Made by a program: the position numbers and the translations under genes. The notes beneath the pieces were generated by a model that was given only the letters and a program-made list of their open reading frames with translations, did no database searches and was not told the origin of the DNA. Shown here in pieces: positions 28,577 to 42,394 of a stretch of 64,000 nucleotides of DNA. The stretch is from the human T2T-CHM13v2.0 reference genome, Homo sapiens, in assembly GCF_009914755.1 (NCBI RefSeq), contig NC_060934.1; one strand, written 5' to 3'. Every line of letters begins with the position of its first letter. Position 1 is the stretch's first letter.

Positions 28577-28646
28577 TTACTGTGGTCTCACGAGGAAGAG
28601 GCGGTTGATATTTATGGCAATGGTTCCTAGACTTGGAGGAACATAT
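28577..28646 (+). other. Candidate cryptic/unannotated 70-nt exon
   Basis: AG-free pyrimidine tract plus catag acceptor; donor TAT|gtaagg; (TG)n 88 nt downstream. Confidence 0.25.
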
Positions 28647-28734
28647 GTAAGGTGCTAAGATTTTATTTTGGCAAGGATATTTTTAAAAAATCTATCATCA
28701 GTTTTCATCATAATTTTTTAAAGAAGAAAACAAC

Positions 28735-28735
28735 T

Positions 28736-28778
<43 letters not shown>

Positions 28779-28787
28779 TGTGTGTGT
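28735..28787. repeat. (TG)n microsatellite
   Basis: ~26 dinucleotides with two TA interruptions. Confidence 0.97.
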
Positions 28788-28991
28788 TAATAGGACCGTC
28801 TTTTAACTTAATGTCAATTTATGAAGAATTGACCTTGTCTTTATCTCATTTCATAGTGGCCTACAGGACACTCTGGTGGACGTGTAGTCTGTGGATTGGC
28901 ACTGACTGATGTGAAACATGAAGGTCAAATGAAAGTCACGACAGGAGAGTTAAGATTGTTAAGGGAAGAAAAAGACTTTCTTTTCTAGTGG

Positions 28992-29279
28992 TTTTTTTCT
29001 TTGGAGTCTTGCTCTGTCACCAAGGCTCAAGTGCAGTGGTACAATCTTGGCTCACTGCGACATCCGCCTCCTGGGTTCAAGCGATGCTCCTGCCTCAGCC
29101 TCCTGAGTAGCTGGGATTACAGGCGGCCGCCACCAATCCCAGCTACTTATTGTATTTTTAGTACAGATGGGGTTTCACTATGTTGGCCAGACTGGTCTTG
29201 AACTCCTGACCTCAGATGATCCACCTGCCTCGGCCCCCTGGAGTGCTGGGATTACAGGCTTGCGCCACCGCACCCGGCT
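28992..29279 (-). mobile_element. AluS (Sx-like)
   Basis: Full antisense Alu; TSD ttctagtg. Confidence 0.93.
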
Positions 29280-30021
29280 TCTAGTGTATTCTTTTAGAGA
29301 AAGTTTTGAGCTGTTGTAGATTTTGAAAATTGATTGAATTACAGATGTTACTGTAATGCTCATAACCTGTGTTTCATGTGTTAATGTATTATTCTTGCAA
29401 ATTTCAGTTGTCCAGAATAACTGGAAAACAAGTTGATGGGACAGATATTAACTGATACTTCACATGTATTTTCTCCTGGTGTACTTCACTAGGTGAAAGA
29501 CAAATACACATTAACACAAAGCAGATAGGTAGACTATACCTTTGTAGAATGCCTTTACAAGTCCACATTGATACCCATTATTCTGTATCTAGTACTACAG
29601 TTTCCTCATAATCTGCATTTCATGAACAGGATCAGATTCCTGTGTTTCTGAGTCAGAAAAACTGAGAGAAAGAATAATAAAGGGAACTATTTGGCTGACC
29701 GAGTATCATTTTCCTGGGAATAGTTTTAATGTGGAGACACAGGTGCCATAGGCACTCTCAGGTGCATTTCTCCTTTCAGAATCTTTCCTCATCCCTGTGC
29801 CCTCATGCTTCATGCACTTATGAGTGACTGGGATAGATGTTCTTGGCTTAGATGGTTTTTAAGATTCGTTCTAAACCTGATATTCTGTGCAGTGGTTTCT
29901 GAAGTGGAAAGACGTTCTTTGCTAAATGTGGCCTAATTTTGATCCCGATTGCTCTCCCAAACTCTTGATAGCGTCTGGAAGGCACGGCAGACTATTCTGT
30001 AGGCCCAGTGCAAGTGCTGTG

Positions 30022-30033
30022 GCCGCCATCTTG
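30022..30033 (-). promoter_or_regulatory. YY1 consensus motif
   Basis: gccgccatcttg is the reverse complement of CAAGATGGCGGC. Confidence 0.4.
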
Positions 30034-31541
30034 AAAGCTCTTACATGTGAGTCTTTTCTTCTTTTCCCTCTCCCCATCTGGAGTATCCCCCATCTAGCCA
30101 TTTCTAAAGGTTCCTTTTCAGTCCCAACTGCTGTATTATTTAAATCCCATCTACAGCACTCACTACAAGCAATGCTTAAATCTGCTTTTGTATTTGAAAA
30201 CAAAGCTTTAAAAGCAGCTAGGGGAGCCACAGAGAAGAGTAGTGATTTTGTGACAATGGCCTAAATCCAAGAAGTGCATTTAGAAAGTGCATTTGTTTGT
30301 TTTAAACAATTGGTTTCAGCATGTTTGTCCATTGAAAATGGGAATGCTGAGCCCATGTATAGATAAACCCTCTGATGGAAACTGGAGATTTTTGTTATAG
30401 GTAGAAGTGTGTGTGCAATATGGGACCCTATATTCCACAATTCTATAAAGCTCTTTAAAATGTATTCATAATCATTCTAATAATTCATTCTGCATATAGA
30501 ATATGCCCTCTCACACTCAGTCATATTTGTGGGGTTATTCCTTAAATGAGGCTTTGTTGTTTCTGCAGGAAATGAGTGGTTCGATGTTTTTATAAATCAC
30601 GTCTGCCTTTTCTAAGATGCATAGCTAGGAATAGGTGCCTAATAGCTTGCTCTGTAGTTGATAATCAATCAGGTAATAATTTATTACACTTGCATGAGCT
30701 TTTCAACACTGATAGTTTCACTGTAAGATAAAGAGAATTGTAAGATGCAATTATAAGCATACTTTCCATAAAATGCACTAAGGTAGAGAGCAAGAAAGAT
30801 GGATGTGGTTGGATCTTAGAGGAATTCTTGTGCAGAAAGGGAAGGTATTTGAATCGTATAAGAAGGGAGTCAAGGATTATAAATTTTAAGAGTAGAATGA
30901 AATGTTTACAAAGCATATTGATTTATTTCTTGGTAGAAATGAGCCTTGTGAAACATTTAAGATGAAGCAGGATCAGAGGATGCATTTTCATGAAGATAGT
31001 AGACCACTTATCTTAGGTGAAGAAGATACTAAGAGCCAGTGTTAGAAGCAAATCTGATTGATCAGGCATTCTAATCAAAGTCTGAAAATGTGTCCATTAG
31101 CAATAACTCTGCAAACTTATGCCAGAAAAAGAAGTCATAGTACTGGGGGAAGTCTGTGCAGGGAAGGGCAAGGCCCACAGGAGGAAAATCCCACGCCATG
31201 TTCAACCTTCTAACCACATGCTTCTGGGGGAGGGGTGAGTAAGAACCGCTGCGTGAAGTGTCCAGTCACCTGCTCTCAAATGAATTCCAGGTTGGTAGGT
31301 TGGAGGGGAGGCTGTGCTGGGGCAATTAGTGAGCAGCCGTGCCTGGAGGCCCTGGTACCATCTGTGTAACAGAGAAACAGTTTGCCCTGATGAAAAATCA
31401 ACCTCCAGAGGCAGCAGATACAACCCCTGAAAGAACAAAAAGTCCCAGACCCGACTTCCATGAGATGCAACAGAAGCTAATGAGCCAGTGTGGGTCATAC
31501 GAGGTGCGCCTGCCTGTGAGAGCGATGCCTGGGCCTCTAGA

Positions 31542-31568
31542 GGGGTAGGGGATGTGTGGGGTGGGGGG
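31542..31568 (+). other. G-quadruplex-capable G-run cluster
   Basis: gggg ta gggg atgtgt gggg t gggggg. Confidence 0.5.
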
Positions 31569-32656
31569 TGGTCCAGCCCAACTAACACATGCTTTTGCTC
31601 TACTAGCATGACCCGTGCCAGAGGAAACAGTGATTTTAAGAATGCCTTGAAATACAGCCAGGTAAACACCTGGAGGAGATTTTCATTTTGCTAAATATTA
31701 ATCTATAGAGAAAACAGGAGAAAAAGGAAAACAAGTTCATAGCCTGATATAAACAACTACTCACCATGGAACTCTCACAAAGGAGCCTCAGCCACGGCCT
31801 TGTGGGGGAGGATAGCATTTGAATAAGTGTTGATCCAAAGAGAATGTTTGGCCTTTATGGATACAAACACTGATTATACGCTCAAAGCCATTGACGTAGT
31901 ATGTTTTCTCTTTTTTTCCCCCCGATGAAGTACTTGAAGCTGGCTTTTTAAGCATAAGGATGTAACGTGGGGATGGTGATTGTCAGATTATGACTTCGGG
32001 AATACAGGAGTCACAAAATGTTTTTGGTTAACAGCCTGTTTCTCCATACCCCAGCATCATCCCTTTAACCCATATTGCCAGAAAAAGATGCATTTTAAGA
32101 TACTGCATCCAACAAGATTCTGACATTTGCTAGCGGTCTACCACAAAGAACAATTATATTTAGCAAGAGAAGTTCTACTTTCTACTGTTAGCAAGACATG
32201 TTAAATGGAAGCTTTTTCTTCTTCCTCTTAATTTTTTTTTAGTCTAGCTTTTAGATTGCCTGAAAAGAAAAAAGAGGCTAAGCAAAATGGAAATACTTTA
32301 CGCCCAACCAAATGGGAATAGATTATCTGAAGAGGAAAAAAAAAAAAAAAACGGAATCTAATGTTAAAACCTGCCCTTCTGGATCCAGTGGAGGATCTGG
32401 CATGTTCCAGTCGAGTTGTAGTATTTATTGCAAACAAGTAGGCATAAAATACTAAACCAGTTTAGCTTGAGCTCAGCCATGCGGTAACATTGTTAAGTAC
32501 TGTCTGTGAATTATTCTCCTGTAGTCTGACTGTATATAGCTGTCACTGCCCTGGTGTGTGCTTCTAATGGAAAAGGCTGATTTTAAGGAGTTACACTATA
32601 TTTGCATCCCACTTCACTTCTGGCTTTAAGAGTTTTATCTTAACTTACTGTGTTAA

Positions 32657-33347
<691 letters not shown>

Positions 33348-35299
33348 TTCTATTTTATGTATGAGTCAAGGAACAGACATGGTTAACAAACTGCTACTTC
33401 AGCGCCCTCCACTAGTAAACAGAACCATCACTAGAACGCAGGCTCTCTGACTCATTTCACCATGGCTCATCACATGATGCCATTTTAATCAGTCAGCTGA
33501 AATACACATTCTATTCCTTAATCCCTGGCTTTTTGACTTGATTTGACTAGACTTGCATGTCTGTTTTAGGGTGGAAAGCCTGTGCTTGAGTATATTTGTC
33601 TTTATACTGTACCTGATCATTTGGCCTGGTAATTTGGGAGGGTTTGAGCCATTTTACTAAGGTGGGGAGCAAATTTAAGACCTAAGACCGTTTACCAAAC
33701 AGTTTCTCAGGGAAAATGGGCCCTTTTCTCACCATGAGGAAAGTGTTTTGTTTACCTAGCACGGTCTTTTTAAGGCTAAGGCTGATTGAAGGAGAATTCT
33801 GGTGAGATGGTGAAAACATATCCCATGTGACTGCTCTTGTTTCTGTGCCTCAAAGATATAAACCTTGAAGGAGAAGGCTTGGAGTCCAAGGAAAGAGTTG
33901 TGCTATTGCAATAAGCCCATAGCCTTGCAGACTCTGAGATAGCAGCCATCAGGACAGAGTATGGAAAATGCAGTGATTTGTATCAGCCAGAGGGAAGCGC
34001 AGCCTCAGGCACTGGAAGAGTGAAGGGTAGTGCTTTCACTTAAGGAAACTTAGCTGGTGAAGGACTCCCCCAAACTAATTTTGTTGAATATCTGAAATCC
34101 CTGGAATAGTGCACCTGAAGGAGGGAATAGAGCCTTTGCATTTAAATTGCTGGAGTTTATCTGATTAGGATAGGTTTCAACTTTCACACGCTTAAGCTTA
34201 GCACAGAATAGATGCTCAAAAGCCGTTGAATTGGTCATAGTTCTTTTTCTTGGATTCTTTTTATTTAAAAGTGTATCAGAAACACATCTTTGAAATCAGA
34301 GGCTTGTGCTCAAAATGCAAGAGGAAGAGAAGTCTAGTAAGAGAGTTGGTGCTGTTGACTTCCTTGTGAATGGAGATTACAGTATTTGAAGAGTTGAAGT
34401 CTAGTTTGTCCCACCAAGTCACTGAACAGCCCCATGATCTCAGAGGTACCAGCAGCAGTTTTACTGCATTCTCATACCTGAAAGAACATGGAATACACTT
34501 TGCCATTCAATACAGCCCCTAGGAAATGGGTGAACCCCACTCAAAACTTCCTGGATAGGACAGCTCTGCGTGCACCGTTCCCGGCATAGTCAGTGGTGCC
34601 TTCAGGATTCAGGGGCATTTTGTACTTCTGAAGAGTAAGGTACAAGTATGCCAGATTCTCTCATTAGAATGAAATCATTAATTACAGGAAAAGTGTAATT
34701 AGGGTATGTGAAATATTTTATATGGTGGAGTTTCTTGATGTTAAAGATGTTCCTGCATTGCCTACCCTCAATGCTCCTGTCTTTAAAACTCTCCTTGGCT
34801 GCTCTTAGAAGTACAGTGTCATCAGCCTTTGATGTGCTTGGAGATAGAATACAGGTGCACCTTGTTTAATTGCACTTCACTGGAATGTGCTTTTCAGATA
34901 CTGCCTTTTTTTTCCTTTTTAACAAATTGAAGGTTTATGGTGACCCTGTGTCTGTCTGAAATTGTCGGTGCCATTTCCCGATAGCATTTTCCCAATAACA
35001 TGTGCTCAGTTTGCATCTCTGTTTCACACTTTGGTAATTTTCACAATGTTTCAAACTTTATTATAACTGTTACAGTGATCTGTGATCCATGATCTTTGGT
35101 GTTACTATTGTAATTGTTTCAGGGTGTCAGGAACAGTTCCCATAGAAGACAGTGAGCTTAATAAAAGTTGTGTGTGAAGTGCTGCCATTCTCTGTCTTTC
35201 TCCCTCCACTTGGGCTTTTCTATACCCCAAATTTCAATTTCCTAATTGAAATCAGGTCAATTAATAACCCTGCAATGGCCTTTAACTGTTCAAATGAAA

Positions 35300-37130
35300 G
35301 ACTAAAGAATCAAAAGCTTGAAATTATTAATTAAAGCTCAGTGAGAAAGGCACGTCAAAAGCTGAGAAACGCTGAAAGCTGGGTCTGTTGGACCAAGCAT
35401 TCTATCCAAGTGGTAAATGCAAAGGAAAAGTTCTTGAAGGAGATTGAAAGTGCTGTTCCCATGAACATACAAGTGATAAAGTGAAATAGACTTATTGCCT
35501 ATATGGAGAAAATTGAAGTGGTCTGGATAGAAAATCAAATGAGCCACAACAGTTCCTTAAGCCAAAGCTTAATCCAGAGCAAGTCCATAACTCTTCAATT
35601 CTTTGAAGGATGAGAGAGGTGAGGAAGCTGCAGAAGAGCAGTTTGAAGCTAGCAGAGGTTGGGTGATGAGGGTGAAGGAAAGAAGCCATCTCCATAGCAT
35701 AGAAGTACAAGGTGAAGCAGCAAGTGCTAATGAAGAAGCTGCAGCAAGTTATCCAGAAGACCTAGCAAGATCATTGATGAAGGTGGCAACACTGAACAAC
35801 AGGTTTTTCAAGGTAAATGAAACAGCCTGCTATTGGAAGATGCCATCTAGAAGTTTCGTAGCCAAAGAGGAGAAGTCAATGTCTGGCTTCAGAGGACAGA
35901 TTGATTATCTTATAAGGGGCTAATACAACTGGTGACTTTCAGTTAAGCCATTACTCATTTACTACTCCAAAAATCCTTGGGCCCTTAAGAATTTTACTAA
36001 ACCTACTCTTCCAGTGCTCTGTAAATGGAACAACAAAGCCTGGATGACAGCACATCTGTTTACAGCATGGTTTACTGAATTTTTTATTTGTTTGTTTTAA
36101 TTGAGGCAGAGTCTCGCTCTGTCACCTAGGCTGGAGTGCAGTGGCATGATCTCAGCTCACTGTAACCTTTGCGGCCTGGGCTCAAACAATTCTCCTGCCT
36201 CAGCCTCCTGAGTAGCTAGAACTATAGGCACCTGCCACCACGCCCAGGTAATTTTGTATTTTTAGTAGCGACGGGGTTTCACCATGTTGGCCAGGCTGGT
36301 CTTGAACTCCTGACCTCAGGTGATCTGCCCTCCTCGGCCTCCCAAAGTGCTGGGATTACAGGCGTGAGCCTGGCCAGTTTACCGAATTTTTTATGCCTAC
36401 GGTTGAGACCTACTGCTCAGGGGGGGAAAAAAAAATTCCTTTCCAGATATTAGTGCTCATTGGCAATGTACCTTGTCATCCAAGAGCTTTCGTGGAGATG
36501 TACAAAGAGATTAATGTTGTTTTCATGCCTGCTAATGCAGCATTCATTCTGCAGCCCATGGAGAGGAAGTAAGTTCCACATTGAGGTCTTATTTAAGAAA
36601 CATATTTTGTAAGGCTATGGCTGCTATAGATTGTGATTCCTCTAATGGATCTGTGCAAAGTAAATTGAAAACCTTCTGGAAAGGATTTACCATATTAGAG
36701 GTCATTAAGAACATTCATGATTCGTGGGAGAAGGTCATAGTATCAATATTAACAGGAATTTGGAAGAAGTGGATTTCAGTCCTCATGGATAACTGAGGGT
36801 TTCAAGACTTCATTGGAGGAAGTCCCTGTATGGTGGAGATAGCAAAGAATTCGAATTAGAGGTGGAGCGTGGAGATGGGACTGAATTGCTGCAGTGTCAT
36901 GATCAAACTTGAACAGATGAGCAGTTGCTTCTTACGGATGAGCAAAGAAATCGGTTTCTGGAGATGGACACCTGGTGAAGATGTTGTGTACATTGTTGAA
37001 ATGACAAAGGATTCATAATATTCCATAAACTTTGTTAATAAAGTAGTGGCAGGGTTTGTGAGGATTGACTCCAATTTTAAAAGAAGTTCTAACATGGGCA
37101 ACGTGCTATCAAACAGCATGGGATGCTGCA
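35300..37130 (+). pseudogene. Disrupted Tigger1 transposase (frameshifts, stops, Alu insertion)
   Basis: ORFs 35603-35923 and 36581-36796 resemble the CENP-B/TIGD1-like transposase; boundaries approximate. Confidence 0.8.
36086..36375 (-). mobile_element. AluS inserted in Tigger1
   Basis: TSD gtttac(t/c)gaatttttt at 36070-36085 and 36377-36392. Confidence 0.93.
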
Positions 37131-39651
37131 GAAAAATTTTCCCTGAGTCAGTCAAAGCAGCAAACTTCATGGTTGTCCTGTTTTAAGAGATTGCCACATC
37201 CTTCAGCAGCACCCCCCCGCCATCAGTCAGTAGCCATCAGCATCGAGGCAGGACCCTCCACCAGCAAAACGATTGCAAGCAGCGGAAGACTCAAACGATA
37301 GTTAGCAATTTTTAGCAATGCTGTATTTTAACATTAAGATACGTACTTTTTAAAAGACATAATGCTATGGCACACTTAATAGGTTTGCTGCAGTATAGTG
37401 TAAACATGATTTCTGTATGCACTGGGAAACCAAAAAATTCATGTGACTTGCTTCATTGAAATACTAGCTTTATTTTGATGGTCTGGAACCAAACCTGCTG
37501 TATCCTCAAGGTATGTCAGTATTTAGGAACATGGCACATACAGAAGGGGGCTACCTATGAAATATTTATTCCCCATTTGATATCTGAAGTGATTTGAAAT
37601 CATTGAAAGATGTTGACTTAAGATGGTCAGGCGACTACTACCAAACATTCATGACTTATCTATAAAATCTCCACATGGGAACATATACATGTCAATATTG
37701 AAACTAGAGAATTTTAATTACCAATTTTTATTTGAAAGCATTGCTGTGTGCTAAGCGCTGTGCATAGCATTTCTTATTTCAGAGTAATTTGGGGTCACAT
37801 TTTAAGTTAAAGCATCATAAATAAAAGGTTTATTCATACTCAATAAAATGCCTTAGAATATAGTTACAGATTTTAAATGTGAAATCTAAATATCATATCC
37901 TTTTGAAGTGTTACACAAATGTGGCAGCTGTCTTTAAATAAACCCTTTTTTTGCTTGTATTCTTAACGTAGATAAGACATCGTGTAAAAATGTTTGGGTT
38001 TAAGAACTCAGTATTGTATTGATAGATTGGTGGTTTTCATTTTGATCCACACATTAAAATCACCTAAATAATTCTTTAGAGACACTTGTGCCTAGGCCTG
38101 TCTCTGCCCTATTAAGTTGGACTCTCTAAAAGGTGACAATGAGCATCTTTGGTTTTTGCTTCCAGAGGGGAGTGGATTGATGCCTTTTGCGTTCTGCATG
38201 GATAATCTGATGTTTTGTAGCTCCTGGAGTGTGCTGTTTATCGGTGGAGTTGCATTCACTCAGTTGAACTACAGGAAACTAATTCCTGAGTGCCTTCAGC
38301 AGATACTTTAAGGGTCTGCTGCGTGTCAGGCATGATTCCCAGCATCTGCTTGGGAGAGACTTGATCCCCTCCTTCTGGAGTTTATGCTTGTTGTTTCGGG
38401 CAAAAGATTGAGTCTTCTCGAAGTCTAAATGCACAATTAACAGAATCATCTCATTTCACTGACAGATTTAACCTGATTCTTAGATCTGGGCTAGGTTTTC
38501 CAAATCATTTCACAGTGCTTGATGCTTTTTCTGATTTGTGGATTTGGTTTCTCTTTAACTACGTTCCACATTTAGATTAATTGACTGTTTTCAGCAGGCC
38601 AGTCCCACCAGCACTCCCTTCAGAGTGGTCTGTGGTTATTACAACCAAGGAATTATTTTTGTTTGTTTGCCTATTATGATGAAAGAAACAATACATTGCT
38701 TTTCTTTTTTCTGGAACAGTAACCTTCAAGTTTAAAATCAAACAGCATTTCTTGTTAAGGGAGAAAAAGTGTTTAACACTGTGGAAGAAGTAATAGCTAA
38801 GCAAGTGGTATCAGTTAAACCATAGTGAACCCATCATTTAAGAGTGAAAGATTTAAAATTATTCAGGTATTTTGACCTGTTCTGCTTCAAATAGAGTATA
38901 TAAATGTCTCAATCCCCTTTTGCTTCCTCATACCAATCTCTTCCCCACCCCCCAAATATGATTTAAAATCTTGATATATAGAGCAGGAGCACCAGGAATA
39001 AAAGGCACATTCAATTAGGGGAGACTCTTTACTGACCTAAATAACAGTTCATTCATGAGATAATGTGACCTGCAGTCAGAGAGAAAAATCTGTTGCTTGA
39101 GCTGGGATAAACCTGGCATAGTACAAACCCTCCGGTAGTCAGGGAATCATCTAACATTAGACCAGGTAGAAAAATACTGCAAAAGCTTTGCAGGCCCAGT
39201 CTCCATTTCAGGAATGTTTCTTTCTCAAGATGTATGTGTCATTTGTCACCTAGACTATCCCTGGTAATCCTGTAATGCACATCTCTATCAGTGTGAAGTG
39301 CTTGCTATCGAAGTGAAGTTCCCTGCTATCAAAGCAATCAAGCAGTTCAAGCAGTTAAGCAATTTATGTATCTTAAGGGTGAGTTTCCTTTCATAACTTA
39401 AGGAGCTCACCTTCTGTTAAACAAGGTCTCCTCTTTGGAGAGGTGGTCAGTGTATCTTGGGATTTTCTGGTGGCCACGAGTTTGATGATTGCCGTGATCA
39501 AAACATCAATATCTGTCCTAGAAATTATTGTATGGTGTTGTGTATGCAAGTATTTGTCTTACAGTGATGCATTTTCAAAAATGTGAGATTATCATCTTGT
39601 TTCCTCAGGTTTCTTTCAGTAGATCTGACGGTAAATTCTTGAACTGCTAAA

Positions 39652-39661
39652 GGGAAATTCC
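39652..39661 (+). promoter_or_regulatory. NF-kB consensus motif
   Basis: GGGAAATTCC; motif only. Confidence 0.25.
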
Positions 39662-39914
39662 TTACTACCGAAATGACCTCAGATTCTTTTGGGAAAGAGA
39701 AGCGTAGAAATAAATGCGGTACACTAAGTAGTTTGCTATCCAGTGAACCATCTAGTGTGATGGTTAGAGGTTTCTTGGATCATTGGAATCATAAGGAGCT
39801 CCAGTCGTTGTTTGTGATTTATCCATGTCAAAATGAGGGGGGGATCCCACAAGGATGTGGTTTTCCTCTTTGAACCAATAGGGAAAAACTTAAATCTAAA
39901 ATATGAAGTTCAGA

Positions 39915-40465
39915 TTTTATTCCTTCAAAACATGTTTATGGAGCATCAGTGAACAAGACGGACAAACCCCACCCCCCGCCATTGCTGAGTGTGCACTCTA
40001 GTGAGGAATGCAGATGCTATAAATAAAACAACTTACTTAGAAGGTACTATGGTCAGGGTGAGGGGTAGGAATAGAGCAGGGCAAGGAGAACTAGGAGCTC
40101 CAGATTTGGAGGGCCCGGGGAGGGTTGCAGTTTTAAATAGGGTATCAGGGTAGGCTTTCTCCGGAAGGAGCAATTGAAAGAAAACCAGGAAGCCACTGAG
40201 GGATTAGGCCACGTGCTTATGCAGGGTAGAGCAGTCCAGGCAGAAGGCAGTTATACTGGAAGTGCCCCATACAGCAGGAATGCACCTGGCATGTTGGAGG
40301 AACCCAAAGGCCATTGTGGCTGCTGAGAGGGCGTAGGGAGGAGGAAAAAAGGAGATCAGGCCACCGGAAGTGGGGTCCCAGCCACACAGGGCCTTGTCAG
40401 CAGTTAGGTTTTCCATGGCACCGGGAGTAAAGCTTTAAAGGGATTTGAGCAGAAGAATGAGCTGG
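39915..40465 (-). mobile_element. L2 fragment
   Basis: cagtgaacaagacggacaaa; tcagggtaggctt; ccaggcagaagg; gggatttgagcagaag. Confidence 0.7.
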
Positions 40466-40579
40466 CTTCATTGTGTGCCTTGACATTCATCAGTTGTTTG
40501 ATAACTACTATTTTTTTTTCTTAAATTTCATCTCTTTTCTGGAACCACACCTTTTTTTTCCTTCTCTGAAAATTGTAAC

Positions 40580-40810
40580 AGCAATAGCTCATACTTGCTA
40601 TGGTGGGTGTGCTGCCAATCACTGTACGTTGATTAACCCTGTGACCCTTCACAACAACTTCAAACAGTACATGTCATCACCTTCGTTTTATAGGGGAGGA
40701 CCCGGAGACTGGGAGAGCATAAATGATTCACCTGAGGACCTCAGGTCACTCAAGGGCAGAGTCAGTATTCCAGCTGAGGCAGTGGGCTCTTAACTCTTAA
40801 CCACAGTAGT
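40580..40810 (-). mobile_element. MIR fragment
   Basis: ccttcacaacaac..ttttatagggga..ggtcact..ctcttaaccac. Confidence 0.6.
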
Positions 40811-42009
40811 GAAACACTCATGCCCTCCCACCCTAAGATTTCCCCAGACCCCCATGAGCATCCCACTTGTCAGCCTCAGGCTCTTTAACCGTTCACATAT
40901 GTAGTTGCCCAAAGGATGATACTATGTCAGCTGGGGTGTGCATGTGGGTTGGTTGCACTGTGTGGATCAAGGTGTGTCTGTCGGGGATAAGGAGGAGGAG
41001 TGGTTGCTGCTTGTTGGGGACTCATCTGTGGGACTTACCAATTACCATTTCCCAATTACAGCATGGTTTCCTAGGTGCCAGGGTGTGGGGGGAGCTAAGA
41101 GACTTGCATGTGTATATTGAAGCAAGAACCCCAGCTCCTGCTGCATCTCCTCCCTTCCCCCTGAGACCGCTGGTGTAGGTGCTGTCGGTTGTAAACAGCA
41201 CAGTCAGGGTGAGACTGTGCTTGGCTCTGTAGTTACTGTCATGTGGCATGATAGAACTCTTGCCTACAGGTAGAAATTATAATGAGGGACCTGAATTCGC
41301 AACTTTGACTTCACTCTCAATTCCCTCCATCATCCAGTTATTAGTCCTTTAATGTCACTCTAGCTTTTTTATGTCTTTTAGCGATATCATCTCATGATTT
41401 TGCTGTTGGATTTGGAAAGGAGGAACCTCAGCTTGTAATAGAAATGTATGAAGTGAAATGAGTTCTAAGGAGGAAGCCATTATAACCTCTTGTAAGAGTA
41501 CGTAAATGTGTACATATTTGGCAGATTAAAAACACTGGGCTTACGTTAAGTCATGATATTTTATGGCAACAAGCATTCTGATAGCCAGTGGAAATATATT
41601 TTTGAAGTGCCGGTAAAAGGCAGGTCGTCCATTGGGGAACTTTATTTCTGAATTTGCTAAGTAAAACTTGCTTGCAAATGTGTAATATCTGTAGCACACT
41701 GCTCTTATTAATCCACTGGAGCTGACTTCCTGTTGTCCAAGGAAAATGAGAACGCTTCTAAGTGCCTGTGTGGCGTATATTCTACTTTAAATAAAATTCC
41801 ACACACAAGGCAAGGACAGTACAAGCCTTTTAGAAAAAAACAAAACCCATGCAAGACAAACCAAATCTAAATATTGATTTAAATTGGATCATAGCTCTTT
41901 AGACAACACCTCTTAGTGCCCACCGGTTCCCAAGCAAGAAACTCTGTGTTCTGGATAGTTGTAAAAGAAATAGAACATGCTTCCCTTGTGTGTTTCCAGT
42001 GGTTGAAGT

Positions 42010-42230
42010 TGAAAGAACACAGGTTAGAGTCAGATCAGGCATGAATTTAAATCTCTTTTCCTATTTATTGGTTCTGAGACCCTGGGCAAGTTATTTAACC
42101 TTCTAAATCCCACTTTCCCATCTGTAAAGTGAAAATGGGAATATTCAGTTGGCAAGATTTTGAGAATTAAAACAGAACATTGAACATAGACCACCTGATC
42201 CCAGTAGGTACTTAGTAAATACTTCCTTCA
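42010..42230 (+). mobile_element. MIR
   Basis: gaccctgggcaagttatttaacctt...catctgtaaag...agtaggtacttagtaaat. Confidence 0.75.
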
Positions 42231-42394
42231 CTGTTGTCAAGGATCACACAGTAGGGGATGTGGGGAGGATGAAAATATGTTAACAATCTCTTAGGCAAAA
42301 ATTCTGAAGCAATAGTGGGCACTTCTCACCCATTATGACAGTTATTTCACATAGTGTGGAGATAGAACTGAATTTAGACTCATTTTCCCAGGTC

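Larger units (their letters stand above)
34852..37519 (+). mobile_element. Near-full-length Tigger1 (pogo/Tc1-mariner) DNA transposon
   Basis: TA|caggtgcaccttg ... caaggtatgtcag|TA termini; transposase remnants GEEAAEEQFEASRGW..ERSHLHSIEVQGEAASA and [24 protein letters not shown]. Confidence 0.93.

Noticed and set aside
35603-36796. Tigger ORFs as a functional TIGD gene
   Set aside because: Fragmented by frameshifts, stops and an Alu
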